Positions 1-12,560 of a DNA stretch of 42,519 nucleotides are shown one piece after another. Position numbers and translations under genes: made by a program. Origin of the DNA: Chiloscyllium plagiosum (lineage: Eukaryota). A model generated the notes under the pieces. The model searched no databases, had not been told where the DNA came from, and worked only from the letters and a program-made list of their open reading frames with translations. Every line of letters begins with the position of its first letter. Positions within the stretch are counted from its first letter, which is position 1. The stretch lies in the NCBI RefSeq assembly GCF_004010195.1, contig NW_025215013.1, positions 16,137-58,655 on the forward strand. Reading direction: 5' to 3'.

Positions 1-249
1 AAGAGTGAGGAGTGACTTTTTGATCCTCATTTCAATTGATTCGGTCCTGAAACAATGGAAACCCAAATGCTCTGAGATTGCAGATATTGAGTTACACGCA
101 ATAATACACTAAAACACACAAAAAGGCGAAGACAAACACAAGCAAACACGCAGCCATTAACACATTCGGCCCCTCATGCCTGCCTTGTCATCTTATAAGA
201 TAGTGGCTGATCTGATCCAGGTCTCAACATTATTTCCTCTTGGGAAATA

Positions 250-1900
250 AGACAGGACTAATGACCGAGCTTTTGGCGTGAGAGCACTTTTGGACCAGTG
301 ACCGTAATTCTATTAGTATGAAAAGAGTTCTGCTAAAGGACAGGCCTGGTCCACGCGTTAAAAATATAAAGTAGAGAAAGGCTAATTTTGATGCTATTAG
401 GCAGGAACTTTCAAAACATGATTGGGGAAATGCAGTTCACAGGAAGAAGGTCGTCTCACAATTGGATGTCGTTCAAAAGCGATAAGCTGCAAGTTGAGGG
501 ATAGCATGTTGCTGTTAGTGTGAAGGGCAGTGCCAGCAGGATTAGGAAACAGCACATGACAGTGGATATTGAGGCTCTGATAAAGACCAAAGAAGATGAC
601 ATATGTTAGCTACAGGCACCTGGCGAAAGTAAATCCCTTGGGATATGGTATACAACACTCCACTTCCAAGATAAATCAGGAGCGCAAAAAGGGGGCATAG
701 ATAGCGAAGGACGGTAAGGTTAAGGAGAATCTAAAGATATTCTACGAGGATATTAAGGGCAAAGGTGAAGGTAGGAAGAGCATAGGGCCCCTTAAAAATC
801 AAAGTCCCATTTGTGTATATACTCACAGGAGATGAAATAGGCTCATGAGGTTTATTGTCACATGTACTCACATGACGACAATGGATGGTTAAAAAGTTGC
901 CACATGTGACGCAACGGTAAGTACAAAGTTACCCCATTCCCCCACCCCCACAACAAACACCACTCTCCAGGTAGAGAATCATGGTAAAAAGCATTGGATA
1001 AGAACATACAAAGAATGGATATTACGTTGTAGACCACACCAAAATTCATGGTATCGTGGTTAGTCAAATCGGTCATCTAAGAAGACAACGAGATCTTGCT
1101 CAACTGGGCCAGTGGACCAAGGAATGGCAGATAGAGCTTCATGCGGAGAAACGAGGTTTTACATTTTGTAACATAAACTAGAGTAGGACATATACAGTTA
1201 AGAGTAGGGCCCTGGGAAATGCTATCAAACAGAAAAATACGGGTGCAGTTACATAGTTCCTTGAAATTGGGAGCGCAGAGGGACAGGGTTGTGATGAAGT
1301 CGTTAGGCACGTTTGCCTTCATCAGAGTACTAGTATATGAATTGGAACATCATATTATGGCTGAAAAGACAATGGTAAGACCACAATTCAGTACAATTCT
1401 TGTCTACCTGCTCTCGGAAATATGTTATGAAATGGAAAGTGTGCATATATATTTAAATTGATTGGTCAGAGACTGGAGGTTTTGATGTATAAGAGTAGGC
1501 CGGACAGGCTGTAATTATTTTATCCCTTTTGCATTGGACGCTGAGGGGTGACCAGAAAATCGTGAGGTGCATGAATGGGATGAATAATCAAGGTCGTTTC
1601 ACGAGGTTAAAGGTGTTCAAACCAAACGGCACCAGTTTCAGTAAAGAGGAGAAAGTTTTCAAAGGGAACTAAGAGGAAACTGTTTCTCATAGAGTGTGCT
1701 GTGTAGATCTAAAGAGATAACAGAGGAAGTGTTAAAGGTGTACACAATTACAATATTGAAAAGAAAATTGGACCGATACATGAATAAGAAAGATGTAGAG
1801 GTGTACACGTCAAACACAGACGTATATTGAGTTCAGGAAATCTGGTGAGCAAAGAGGAATTCGGCCGAAGGGTCTGTTTGCATATTATGTAACTGTAATA
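250..1900 (+). mobile_element. Degraded CR1-clade LINE ORF2 fragments and 3' end
   Basis: CR1-like remnants (e.g. MVRPQFS in the ORF at 1219-1461, a decayed LVRPHLEY) and a CR1-type 3' UTR ending near GGCCGAAGGGTCTGTTTG at about 1865. Many stops. Confidence 0.7.
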
Positions 1901-2099
1901 CTTTATTAATTCATTACTCTTCTGTCATCACCAATTCCTTTGTTGCCCTCAATTTATTTTCAGTTAAAAAAAATAAATCTCAATGATCGAGCTACTCTAA
2001 ATATGAATAGAGCATTCCTGACATTGATGTGGGGCTGCAGAGCACAGCAGCCACAGAAGCAGAATTCACTCAATCCCAGTCTGTAACCGTTGCCACCCG

Positions 2100-2860
2100 C
2101 ATGATCCCTCATTGTAACATTCCCATCAAGCTGATTTCTAGTTCAGTGACGAGTGTGGATGAGAATGCCAGAGTCATAAACATGTGTACCTAAAACTAGT
2201 GACAACCCGTAAAATCTACAGCACTTGCTTGATTACTTTCCAAACAGCAGAACTAAAATTTGATGGAGAGGGGTGAACTGATCCAAAACCAACAGAAACG
2301 ATCGAAACTCTGCAGACCTGTCCCATCCACTCATAAATGATGATTGACTATTAAGTGACGCACTGGAGGAGAGGGCTCCACAAATGTCACCATCCTAAAC
2401 AATGGAACAGCCCTACACGTCAGTGAAAAAACACTGATCTTCCATTTGAACTGTGCTCAGCCAGAGTTGTTGAGTGGATGATTTACCTTACCCTGGTTAC
2501 GTTGCCAAAAGAATCACACATACCCATTTTCAACAATTCGATTCGCTGCACGTGACATGAAGAACGAGCTGAACACAGTCGGTGCGACAAAGGCAATTGA
2601 CTCTCACCCCATTCCCGCAATAGGACTTAACAGATATGCAGCACAACAAGCCATGTCCCTGAGCAAGATGTTTCATTCCAGCTCCAAAACTGCTATCTCT
2701 CGAGCAATGTGGAAAATTCGTCAATTAAGTCCAGTCCCCTAACAGGAGGATAATGATAATCTGACCAATTACCACTTCCACAGTCCCATCACGGTAGTAA
2801 AATTGATTGGAGTGTATTATGACAGAGCAGTAAGCAGAACAGAAATAACCTGCTCAGTGT
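2100..2860 (+). mobile_element. Degraded LINE (CR1/L2 group), pre-RT region
   Basis: ORF 2557-2742 (KAIDSHPIPAIGLNRYAAQQAMSLSKMF...MWKIRQLSPV) resembles the KAxGPDxIPA...LxKLF...WKxAxVxPV motif found upstream of LINE RT domains. Confidence 0.7.
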
Positions 2861-3439
2861 GGTTTCCGATAGGTCCCCATGTGTAGATGATGCTGTTGTG
2901 GAAATGTCACTCAATTACAAAACCAGACCAGGATACTGCAATTAATTAAATATCGAGATCTCAAATCTGGTGTCAGTATTCGTGATTGAAGCCAATGTCA
3001 ACTGTAAACAGCAATTTGTTTCCCCAATGTACTTTCAGGAAGCACACATACCGTGCTTTCCTGGTCTGTTGGAAAAGTGACTCCAGACACACAGTTATGT
3101 GATAAACTCTTCATTGGTGTCTGAAATGGCCAAGTAAGACATTCAACTGGATAAAACTGCTCTGAGGTCTTAAAGGTCAAAACTGGATAGATTACCCAGC
3201 TCCAGCCTTGGTATCAGAAAAGGAAATGGGAAACTCAGTCTTGTCGATCCTTCAGAGAAATCTTGTGAGCTTGTGAGAACATTTATAGAGCTTTCCCACA
3301 GACTGCACAGAAACATCGGGAAAGGAGAAGCCCACTCAAACCTTTCCTTTCACAGTTCATGCCGAAGGTCTCTTCAATGCACTCTATCCACACAGCGTAC
3401 ATACCCCTTACTATCGAAAACTGTAGGGCCAGAAGCGCA

Positions 3440-3665
3440 CAGATGGTTACGGAATATCAGAGAAGCAGGAGAGTCGACCTTTCTGGTGTAACACCTTTAT
3501 CAAGAATATATGTGACAAGTCAGGTCCCCGCATTCCGAATGAAGGATTTATACCCAAAACGTCGATTGCACGCTCCTGGGATACTCGCTAAACCGCCGAG
3601 CTTTTCCAACGCCACACTCTTCAACTCTGATTTCCAGCAAATCCCGTCCTCACTTTCAGCTTTAC
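3440..3665 (+). mobile_element. Penelope-like terminal-repeat fragments with decayed hammerhead motif
   Basis: CATTCCGAATGAAGGATTTATACCCAAAACGTCGATT (3531-3567) and the following sequence are a diverged copy of the terminus at 36218-36345. Confidence 0.65.
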
Positions 3666-3729
3666 TGTATTACTTGACGTGATTATCCTGAGGATACTAT
3701 GTAATGGGAACTACAGTAGTGCCTTTGGT

Positions 3730-4400
3730 TCAACCAGTGTTCGATCCAACACAAGATAATGATGGCTGATCCTCTGTCACCACACCATACTCTTGTCCTG
3801 TCCACATACTTTTAGTGTCTAGAAATCCTAACTTATATGCAGTGCCTTTACTTCCACAGCCTTAAGTGATAGAGAATTCTGCATGGCCACCAGTCTCTGA
3901 GTGCAGATATTTATTCCCGTCACAATGCTGAGAGGCTTTCTGTATCAATCAGTTATTCCCCTTGTTTTAGATATCGCAGCCAGAGAGTTATCATCCCTGC
4001 TTCCAACTTGTCTCACTGTCAGTATTTTAGATATTTCACTGAGATCTCCACACACATTTTCCTAAACCCCATGGAATACAGGCCCAGTTGACAGGAATTC
4101 AGATTCCACAACGTCCCTGTCATCCCAGAGATCAGTCTGGTCATCCTTCACTGCATTCCCTCAATGTCAGCTTTGTCCTTTATTCGGCAAAAAGCCAAAA
4201 CTGCACAGAATACTGCACAACGTTCGACATGTTTTCTTATTGAGGCTCTGTACAGCTACAGTAAGTCATTCCTGTCGTCAAATCCCCCTGAAATAAAGGT
4301 CAACGCTTCATTTGCCTTCTGATCTGCTTTCGGTTCCTCCATTATTGTGCTTCGTTACTGGTGCACGGGGAGATCTAAATCTCTTTCAATTTTACAGCTA
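3730..4400 (-). mobile_element. CR1 LINE 3' fragment
   Basis: Similar to 16500-17170 in the same orientation (AAAACTGCACAGAATACT, GGCTCTGTACAGCT). Confidence 0.7.
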
Positions 4401-4764
4401 CCCACTTGGGTGGGTCTATGTACACTGGTTAGCGTATCAATGATATTTCCCGTATTAATTTCTCGCTTCAGAACTCACTGCTTTGCATGGACTTTGAAGG
4501 AATGTGCAGAAGAATTAAGAAAATGAAACTAAGTCGCTTGAACGATCAAAAGGACAGACTTCACACGTATTGTTTAAAAAGCTGAGCTCTCTTATGAATG
4601 TAATTTAAAATGAGTTCAGGGATTTTTATATCAAAGAACAGAAATCAGCATATCCAAATAGAAAAGATGAAAGTTTTAATCTAAGTTTGTTGACTCAATC
4701 ACATCTACATCACACTGGGCGCCATTGGTTATAAATTCTATCAGCATGATCTTAACCTGCACAA

Positions 4765-4868
4765 CCAACTAATGAAGGAGTGAAATAAACGTGTTGGACT
4801 TTCACCTGGTGTTGTGTGATTTTTAGTTTTGTCCACCACGTCCGACACAGGCACCTCCAAGTCAATAT
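4765..4868 (+). repeat. Partial copy of the short repeat family also seen at 9396-9610
   Basis: AAATAAACGTGTTGGACTTTCACCTGGTGTTGTGTGATTTTTA matches AAATAAACCTGTTGGACGATATCCTGGTGTTGTATAATTTTA at about 9565-9607. Confidence 0.65.
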
Positions 4869-4869
4869 G

Positions 4870-5980
4870 GAGACTGACAGAGTTGATTGGGACAGGAGGC
4901 AAAAAATCTAAATAAAGAATATTCCGTTGGCATGAGAAAAGCAGTCTACAATCATTCTGGATCATTACTTAAAAGGGATGACAAATATTAAAGGAGCCCT
5001 TGGAGGAACTGTGACCGTTGTTTATTCCTGCCTGGCATAATGTAAATTTGGAAATGTGGTCCTGACATGGCTAACAAGGGATATTAGGCATAGTGCTGAT
5101 CCAAAAGAGAGGCGTACAAATTGTCATTACAATGGATGTCACAACTAATTTCCCTAAAACGCAGAGGGAAACATGAGAAGGAGGAACTGAAGGAAATCAG
5201 TACTAATACAGAAATGGAGTTGGTGAAATTTCTTGGATTAAAAACCAACAGATGCCAACACCTGGTAATCAATACCCTAGATTAAAGTAGCCCGATATAT
5301 CATGGATGCATTCTGATCGCGTGTCTTGAATCTAAATAGGAGAACGTAATGGCCATCTTTGAAGTTTCTGCTGACCCCGAAAAACTTCTATGTATGGCAG
5401 GCAGCCAATGTGGTCATTTTAAAGAAAGACACACAAAGGAAACATGGAATGATAGACCAGTTAGCCTAACACTGGAAAACCGCGACATGATGAGAAAGAC
5501 AGTCAGCATGGATTGACAAAAGTGAAATTAGAATCCAGACCTCGTGTTCATTTGAACAAGTCCCTCACAGGAAACATTCAGGTGCAGCGGGAGCTGAAGG
5601 TATCAAATGGTAAGTTGGCCTTAGTAGTGAGAGGATGAGAACATGCACAGAGATGTCTTGCTTAAATTTTACAGGGCCTTGGTAAGAACAAACAGAGAGT
5701 ATTCTGTCGTTTTCGCAATGGAGACTCCACAACAATGGTTTAATAGACTGATTCCTCGGATGGTAGGATTGACTTATGAGGACTAGATTGGTAGAAATGG
5801 TTTCCATTGGAGGTGAAAGAATGAAGTCGGATCTCACATAAACCAGTACCATTCTAACGTGACCAACAAGGTAAAAGCAATAAAGATTCTCTAAATGATG
5901 GGAGAGTTCAGAACCGAGGAGTGGTCGCAGTTCATAGATATATAGCTGGCCAATTTCCACTGTGATGAGGAAAACCTATG
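4870..5980 (+). mobile_element. Highly degraded, internally deleted CR1 ORF2
   Basis: Remnants such as AGACCAGTTAGCCTAAC (RPVSL), CAGTCAGCATGGATT (SQHG) and GGGCCTTGGTAAGA (ALVR). Confidence 0.65.
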
Positions 5981-6489
5981 AGGTGCACCTCCGTTCTTTT
6001 TATCCCTGACACAGGATTATAAATCCTGGCGCTGCACTTCCCTTTAAACCTCATGCACAGGAATATATCTACTGGTGCAGCAACCCCTTTAAACCTCACT
6101 TACTCCCTGGGGACGGCAGACAACGGCATTTCATTCCAGCTTCACTGGCAGCACACGTGCTCACAATCCACATTAACTCTGGGCATGCTCCAGCACACTA
6201 ACAACCTGACTGATGATGTCACACGGCCAATAGCAGCAATGGGTAGGCCTGTTTTGAGCTGGTTTTCTTGTTCCTCCATTCAATCAGGGAGGAGGGCGGG
6301 TCAGGTAAAAGGCCTTGAACAATCAAAAATGTGGGTGGATTCAAGCTCCATCCTTCTTGAATGGGTTGAGTGGAGAGGTCGCAGGAGGTTCACTCATTAT
6401 TTCAGATGGAGGGCTTATTGTCACGCGTCCTCAGGGACAGACTACAAGAGACAGGAGGAGGTGAACAATGTACTCCCACACAATAGCAC

Positions 6490-7110
6490 AGTCACAGAGC
6501 CATACAGATGTAGACATTGGAAAAAGGCCCTTCGGTCCAACTCGTACATATCGAATAGATATCCCAACCGAATCGAGTCCCATTTTACTGCACTTGGCAA
6601 ATATCCCTCTAATCATTTCCTATTCATCTGCTCATGCAGACACCTTTTATATGCTGCAATAGTACCAGCCTCCACCATTACCTCTCGCAGCTCATTCCAT
6701 TAACGCACCAGATCTGTATGAAAAATGTGTACCTTATGTCCCTTTTATATATTTTCCTCTCATCCGAAACCTAGGCTTCGAGTTCTGGACTTCTCCAAAC
6801 TGGTGAAAAAGCCTTGCCAATCTACAGTATCCATGTCCTTCATGATTTTTTAAAACTTTAAAGGTCATCCCTCAGGCCCCAACGCTCCAGGGAAAACAGC
6901 CACAGCCTATTCAGCTACTCCCCATAACTCAAACCCTCCAAACCTGGCAACACTCTTTTATATCTTTCTGAACTCTTTCAAGTTTCACAACATCCTAATG
7001 ATAAGACTAAGGCAAAAACTGCATGCAATATTTTGAATGTGGCCTGCCAACGTCCTCTACAGCCGCAACTTGACCTCCAAACACCGAAATGAAATGCACT
7101 GTTCAATAAA
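6490..7110 (-). mobile_element. CR1 LINE 3' end
   Basis: Reverse-orientation 3' UTR (GGCCCTTCGGTCCAACTCG) and the C-terminal ORF2 region, homologous to 36750-37350. Confidence 0.75.
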
Positions 7111-7659
7111 AGAAATGATCAGAATTGGTTCTCTGCATATTATAGACCCGCATCAGCAATGTCAGCTGTAATTTGCTGAGGTGTAAACTCGGACACTGGG
7201 GACAGCAGGCAAAGGGATGGACATTGTTGATTTGCGAGAGGTGACTGCGGACCAAGTGAGACAGGCTCAAGATGGGTGCTGAAGGCATGCTGTCCTGATT
7301 ACCCTGGTATATTGATCACTCTGGATCAGTCATCCACAATGACACTCCTTTGAACGTATTACCTTGTACGTCCCACATCAGTTCAGTACGCCGATAGGAT
7401 CCAGGCATTTTAACTTGTCAAACACTACTCAGGTCAGTTGTACAGCCTCATATTAAGACCATACATTTTAGAAGCACAAAGAGAATATTCAGTTTGCCAG
7501 GGTTGTTCCATCATTCAATGAGTTCACGTCTGATGCGAGGATACTGAACTGCACTTTCTTGTCATTCTTCATAACCCTTAAAACCATGAGTAAAAACCTA
7601 TCGATCTCAGCCTTGAATATCCTTAATGACTCAGCCCCGACAGCCTATGCTGTACAGAA

Positions 7660-8060
7660 TTCCACTGGAATGTGAGAATGGCAGAACAATGGTGTGTCTA
7701 CCCGCCAGACTGGAACGAACACACACTGGAGTTGGGGGAAGTGGAGAAAGGATATGGTGACATTGCTTGTAACAGGCAAAGCTGAAGGAAAGGGAGGAAC
7801 GGTGAGAGGATTCACAATTGCACCATTGTTCTGCCATTCACACAATCCAATCCCTTCATCTGAACTATCAACATCCTTCGTCCCGTGGCACAGCGTCCCT
7901 CCCTATAATTGCGTAACTATTGCACCCTCCAAACTTCACATCAACTCTGAAGAAGAGTCATCGAGATTGAAAAACTAATCTTGCTTTCTGCACATGGATG
8001 CTGCCTTTCTGGCCGTGATCTCCAGCGTTTTGATGTATTCCTCGTACTTTAAAAGTTGCA
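7660..8060 (+). mobile_element. Penelope-like terminal fragment
   Basis: CTGAAGAAGAGTC...GAAA followed by GGATGCTGCC...TCTCCAGC, resembling the other Penelope termini in the window. Confidence 0.5.
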
Positions 8061-8389
8061 GGAGAGAAAGCCTGATGTGGACGAAGTTGGCAACAGTGCC
8101 AAGATTTGTTTACAAGAGAACGAAAGAGGAAAGTCGTAGAAATATTTCATTTTGATTGGAATTATTGTTGTCACGTGCACCCAGGTACAGACAAAAATGC
8201 TGTTTTGCGTTCAGTACAGGCAGATCATGCCATAAAAGTGCATTAGAAAGAGAACAGCGCGAAGAATGCAATAATTCAGCAGCAGAGAACTCGCATAGAG
8301 CGAGTTCCATATTAGATTTAAAGTTTGAGAGTTCCATTCACAAATCTAAGAATGGCGTGAAAGAAGCTGTTCTTGAATCTGTTAGTTCC

Positions 8390-9830
8390 TGCATTTAACC
8401 TTTCGCATCTTCTGCTTGATGGAAGACGCTGGAAGAGCTTATATCCATGGTGGGAGCTGATGATGTTGGCTGCCTTCCCTTGGCAGCAAGAAATGTAGAT
8501 TAGGTCACCTGTTAGCAAGGTTGGCTTGCATGATGAACTGGGCTGTGTTCACAGCTCTTTAATGTATTATATTTCTGGGCAGAGTAATTGCCATACCGAG
8601 CTGTGTGGCATCCGGAAATGATTGTGGTGTATCTATTAAAATTAGTAAATATTATTTCCAGGCATGCCGAATTTGTTGTGTTTTCTTGACTGGAGTATCA
8701 ACGTATGAGTACTCGGATCGCCAATCCTAGGAACTGGATGCACTCAACCATCTCCACCTCAGCAGAATTAATGTAGTTGGGATGTGCTCTCCACATTGCT
8801 TTATGAAGGCAATAGCCATCTCTTTAATTTTGCTGACATTCGGGAGATGTTATCGTTATATCATGCCACCAAGCACTGTACATCTTTCATGTTTTCTGTC
8901 TCATCATTGCTGACATCCAAGTTAGAAAAGTGGAGTAATCAATGAAGTTGTAGGCGGAGTCAGAACGGAATTTGATCGCTCGGTCATGAGTGGATACCAA
9001 GTGTAATAACAGGCTGAATATGCAGCCTTGCGGGCACCGGTGTTGAAGATTATTGTGGAAATTATGTCGCTGCCTATCTCACTGATTGCAATCTCGCATT
9101 AGGAAGCCAAGGTTCCAGTGACAGAGGGCGGAACAGAGACCAAGATCTCAGAGTTTGGAATGATAGTTTTGAAGGCAGATCTGTCTTCAATAAGTAGGAC
9201 CGTAACACAGTTAATCAGATGTTGCAGGGATGATGTATGCCCGAAGAAATTTCCATGGAACTGCTGTGATGGTGGTTGAATTTCAAGGGATCAAGGCAGA
9301 TTTGATGTCATGAATAATCTCTCGAATCACTTCATAATTATGGATATCAGGGCCACCGGGTGGTAGTCATTAAGGCGCATTGCATGAATTTACTTTGGTG
9401 TGGAGGATCCGGTGTTGGACTGGGTGGACAATGTTAAAAATATCACAGAACTACAGCTTATAGTCCAACAGGTTATTTTGGAAGTTATGGCTTTTGAGTG
9501 CTGCTCCTTTGTCAGGTGAGTAGTAATCCGATGAAGAAGTAGTTCTCCGACAGCGTGCACTTTCAAATAAACCTGTTGGACGATATCCTGGTGTTGTATA
9601 ATTTTAACTGAGTTTTCTTTGGCACTGGGTTGGTGGTGTTTGTCTTGAAGACTTCGACTTGTAGGAAGGAAAGGTTATAAATCTCAGCAAATGCTTGTGA
9701 CAGCTGGTACACACAGTATCTGAGTACCCCACCAGGGTCTCCATCTGGGCTAGTCATGTTCCATGAGTTCACTCTCAAACAGGCTGATCTTTCATCTGCA
9801 GCGGAGACTGAGGGAACCGGTTCATCCGAG
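8390..9830 (-). mobile_element. Rex/Babar-like LINE ORF2 (decayed), interrupted by a fold-back insert
   Basis: Minus-strand peptides SPDGDPGGVLRYC..QL...F..IYNLS...PVPKK (9563-9778), LNDYHPVA (about 9352-9375) and C-terminal HHGYKLFQRLPSSRR, typical of the fish Rex/Babar HPGHxLFxxLPSGRR terminus. Confidence 0.75.
9396..9610. mobile_element. Short fold-back element with two inverted arms, each carrying a decayed hammerhead motif
   Basis: Arms at about 9433-9518 and 9525-9608 are reverse complements (exact GTCCAACAGGTT / AACCTGTTGGAC). The element sits between the PVPKK and LNDY motifs of the host LINE. Confidence 0.75.
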
Positions 9831-10539
9831 ACTGTTGGGGCAGATCACATTGTTTGTCTAACAATCTGTTCGAAACAAGTGTAAAATGTATTGAGCGGAA
9901 CAGGGAAGAATGTGTTTTTGTTTGCCATTCTGATCTGTTTGCTGTGTAACCCAGTATGTTGTGTAAGCTTTGTCACAAACAGCAGGTACCTGTATATCTT
10001 CATAATGTAAAATACCTCTTTTAGACTTTTTTTCTAAATAAAAACAAATCAGCCCGTTTGTATTATTGCAAAACTTACTTCTTCTGAGTTCTGACATAGC
10101 CACGTTGATGGCGAGATATAAAAGACAACTGAAGTCAAAGTGGTGTGCCATACACATAACACACAGGGCAGAAGTACGGAAAGGAATACAGGCCGAGGAA
10201 ATGAAATAAAGATAACTCTCATCTGCAAGAAAAACTTGCAAATACGGCACAGTCGAAAATGGAGACGAGATATGGGGAAGGTCCAAGATAATTAGGTTAA
10301 AAGAAGATGAAGGGGTTTTGAGGTGTCACTAAAATGAATTGTTTGGTCCTTTCTTGATCAATTATCTCTGCAATACAATCAGATTGGGAGTTTAATTTAG
10401 AGCGTCAGTGTGGCATGATTGGCATTTTGAATATTTAGATCAAAATGGCGGTTAGTAGAGAAAGTTATGCAAAAACAATGTAAAATATGTGATTCCAAAT
10501 TCATTATTGATTTTAAATATATAAAGATACAATTCGTTT

Positions 10540-11450
10540 AAAATGCATCTGTATGGATATATGAATAGGAATAGTGATGATGGATATGGGCCAAATTCTG
10601 GCAAATGGTGCTAGATTAGGTTGGGATATCTGATCAGCATGGATGTCTTGGATCGAAGGGTGTGTTTCCGTGTTGTTCATCTCCATGTGAAGAAAATAGG
10701 TAGAGGAGAGAAAATAAAAAATAAGTCTGTCAATTTGAGCGTGTTTGATTGGATAGGCGTAGTGAAGATTATTCAATTTATAGGAGTGCAACATTACGAA
10801 ACATAAGTACAACGATTTGGAAGAGGTAATCGTTTATTCTAAAATATGCCAAAGAGTAAGAAAATCTCCATGGGATGAACACACAATCCTTAAATAATTA
10901 TATAGGTTAAAGGTAGAATCAAACTTAAATGAAAATAATGTAATGGAGGAAGATGAGAAGACTGGACAGAATGTTTTAAAACATAGGAAAGAATTACCAA
11001 AAAATAATTTGGAGAGGAAATTTAGAGTATGAGTGAAAGGTAGTCAGAAATAAAAGAACAGAGCTTTAAAGTAATTCCATTCATTTTGGAAAAGTTAATA
11101 AACTGACTATCTTTCCCGTAGTAATCAAACGTGCCCATGTCATAAATAAGGAAAGTCGATTAATTGGACAGAAATTTGACATTGCTCTTCATTCTAGAGG
11201 CTACTGCTAAAAAGAAGTCATAAACCAGGAAGTGGCAGAAAAATTACAAACGTCTAGAATAGTTACTTTGTAAATTGTTGACGATGCGGACTGCCAAATA
11301 CCTGGTGTTGATAGACTTCATCCTCGGGTTTAAAATAGCAGCTAGTAGGATCCTTGATGTATTAGTTTTAATTTTCTGGCTCCTTTAATTGAGCGAAGAT
11401 CTTAGCAGATTGGAAGGTAGAAAACATAATTCCACATTTCATCAGATGAT
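10540..11450 (+). mobile_element. CR1 3' tail and degraded CR1 ORF2 fragments
   Basis: 3' UTR GGATATGGGCCAAAT...GATCGAAGGGTGTGTTTCCGTGTTG at about 10580-10680. Remnants LHPRVLK (CTTCATCCTCGGGTTTAAAA) and DWKV (GATTGGAAGGTA). Confidence 0.65.
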
Positions 11451-11938
11451 GTGAGAATTTGTGCAGTTTAGCAGTAAATGGGAGAATTGGGGCTGGACTA
11501 CTGGATGGGGGAATTAGAGTAGCTCACCACTAAACGGGAGAATTAGGTTTGCGTACTCTGTCAGTTCTCAAAAAATCTAGCAGCACTGATTCTCTGACAA
11601 GTCACTGCCTCAGGACGAAACCTCAGACAATAAGACTCTTCATCACTTCTGACCCTCTGACACTGAAACAATCCCTCAGTAATAAACCTCTGACAGTGAT
11701 GCAACATCACAGTACTGACATTCTAATTGTGAAGCACTCCCTCAATTCTGAACCTTTTAAAAGAGGCACTGGCTGAGTATTTACTCGTTGTTAATAATGC
11801 ACTCCCTCCGTGCTGTGGGATTGTTTGAGTACCCAAGCCTGATTCTCTCATTTAGGAGTGCTCTACTCTAATTGTCCCATCCAATATCGTCCTTCACCAA
11901 TTCTCCCATTTACTGCAAAACTGCACAAATTCTGACCC
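11451..11938. repeat. ~107 bp inverted repeat made of 29-bp-family units
   Basis: 11452-11558 aligns with the reverse complement of about 11827-11936 (GAATTTGTGCAGTTT.GCAGTAAATGGGAGAATTGG...GGAATTAGAGTAG...GTACTC). Confidence 0.85.
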
Positions 11939-12277
11939 CATTACAAAGAGGCACTAGCTGAGTATTGACCCGCTGTTACTAATGCACTCCCTAAGCGCCT
12001 CCGTTGAATGAGGTCAGAATTCATGGCTGCGTCATGAGTAGAGGTGAGGACAGAGGCAGCTCTGAAGCACTGTCGGAGGGTTTATACTGAGGGAGTACTT
12101 CCTTTTCAGAGAGTCATAACTGAAGGAGTGCCTTATTGTCAGAGTTTCTGTCTGGCACTAGTGAAATAAGTGACGTCCTCACAATTAAGTGATCAGTACT
12201 TTTGGTACTACAGCTTTACCATCGGGTCAGTCCTGAGGGAGTTCGGGAATAGCAGTACTGAAGTATTGCCTCTTTTA

Positions 12278-12560
12278 GGGAATCCCGACAGTGTGGAAAC
12301 AGGCCATTTGTCCCAAGAAATTCGCACCAACCCGCTAAATAATAACTCACCCAGCAAAGGTTCCCTATCCTATTAGTAAATATTAACCACTGACTAATGC
12401 ACATAACCTATATATCCCTGAACACTGTGCGCAAATTAAGAAAACCAATTCACCGACACTGTATATATTTGGATTGTGGAAGGATATCGTAACACGTGGA
12501 GGAAATATTGCCTCTTTTATGGAAGGTGCAAGGTCCACGCAGACAGTCGTCCGAGGCTCC
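12278..12560 (-). mobile_element. V-SINE/HE1-like SINE
   Basis: Reverse-complement homolog of 14440-14790 (GGGAATCCCGACAGTGTGGAAACAGGCC ... AGACAGTCGTCCGAGGC). Confidence 0.7.

Noticed and set aside
6053..6703. 216-aa plus-strand ORF
   Set aside because: No recognisable motif, and it runs into the antisense strand of a CR1 3' end.
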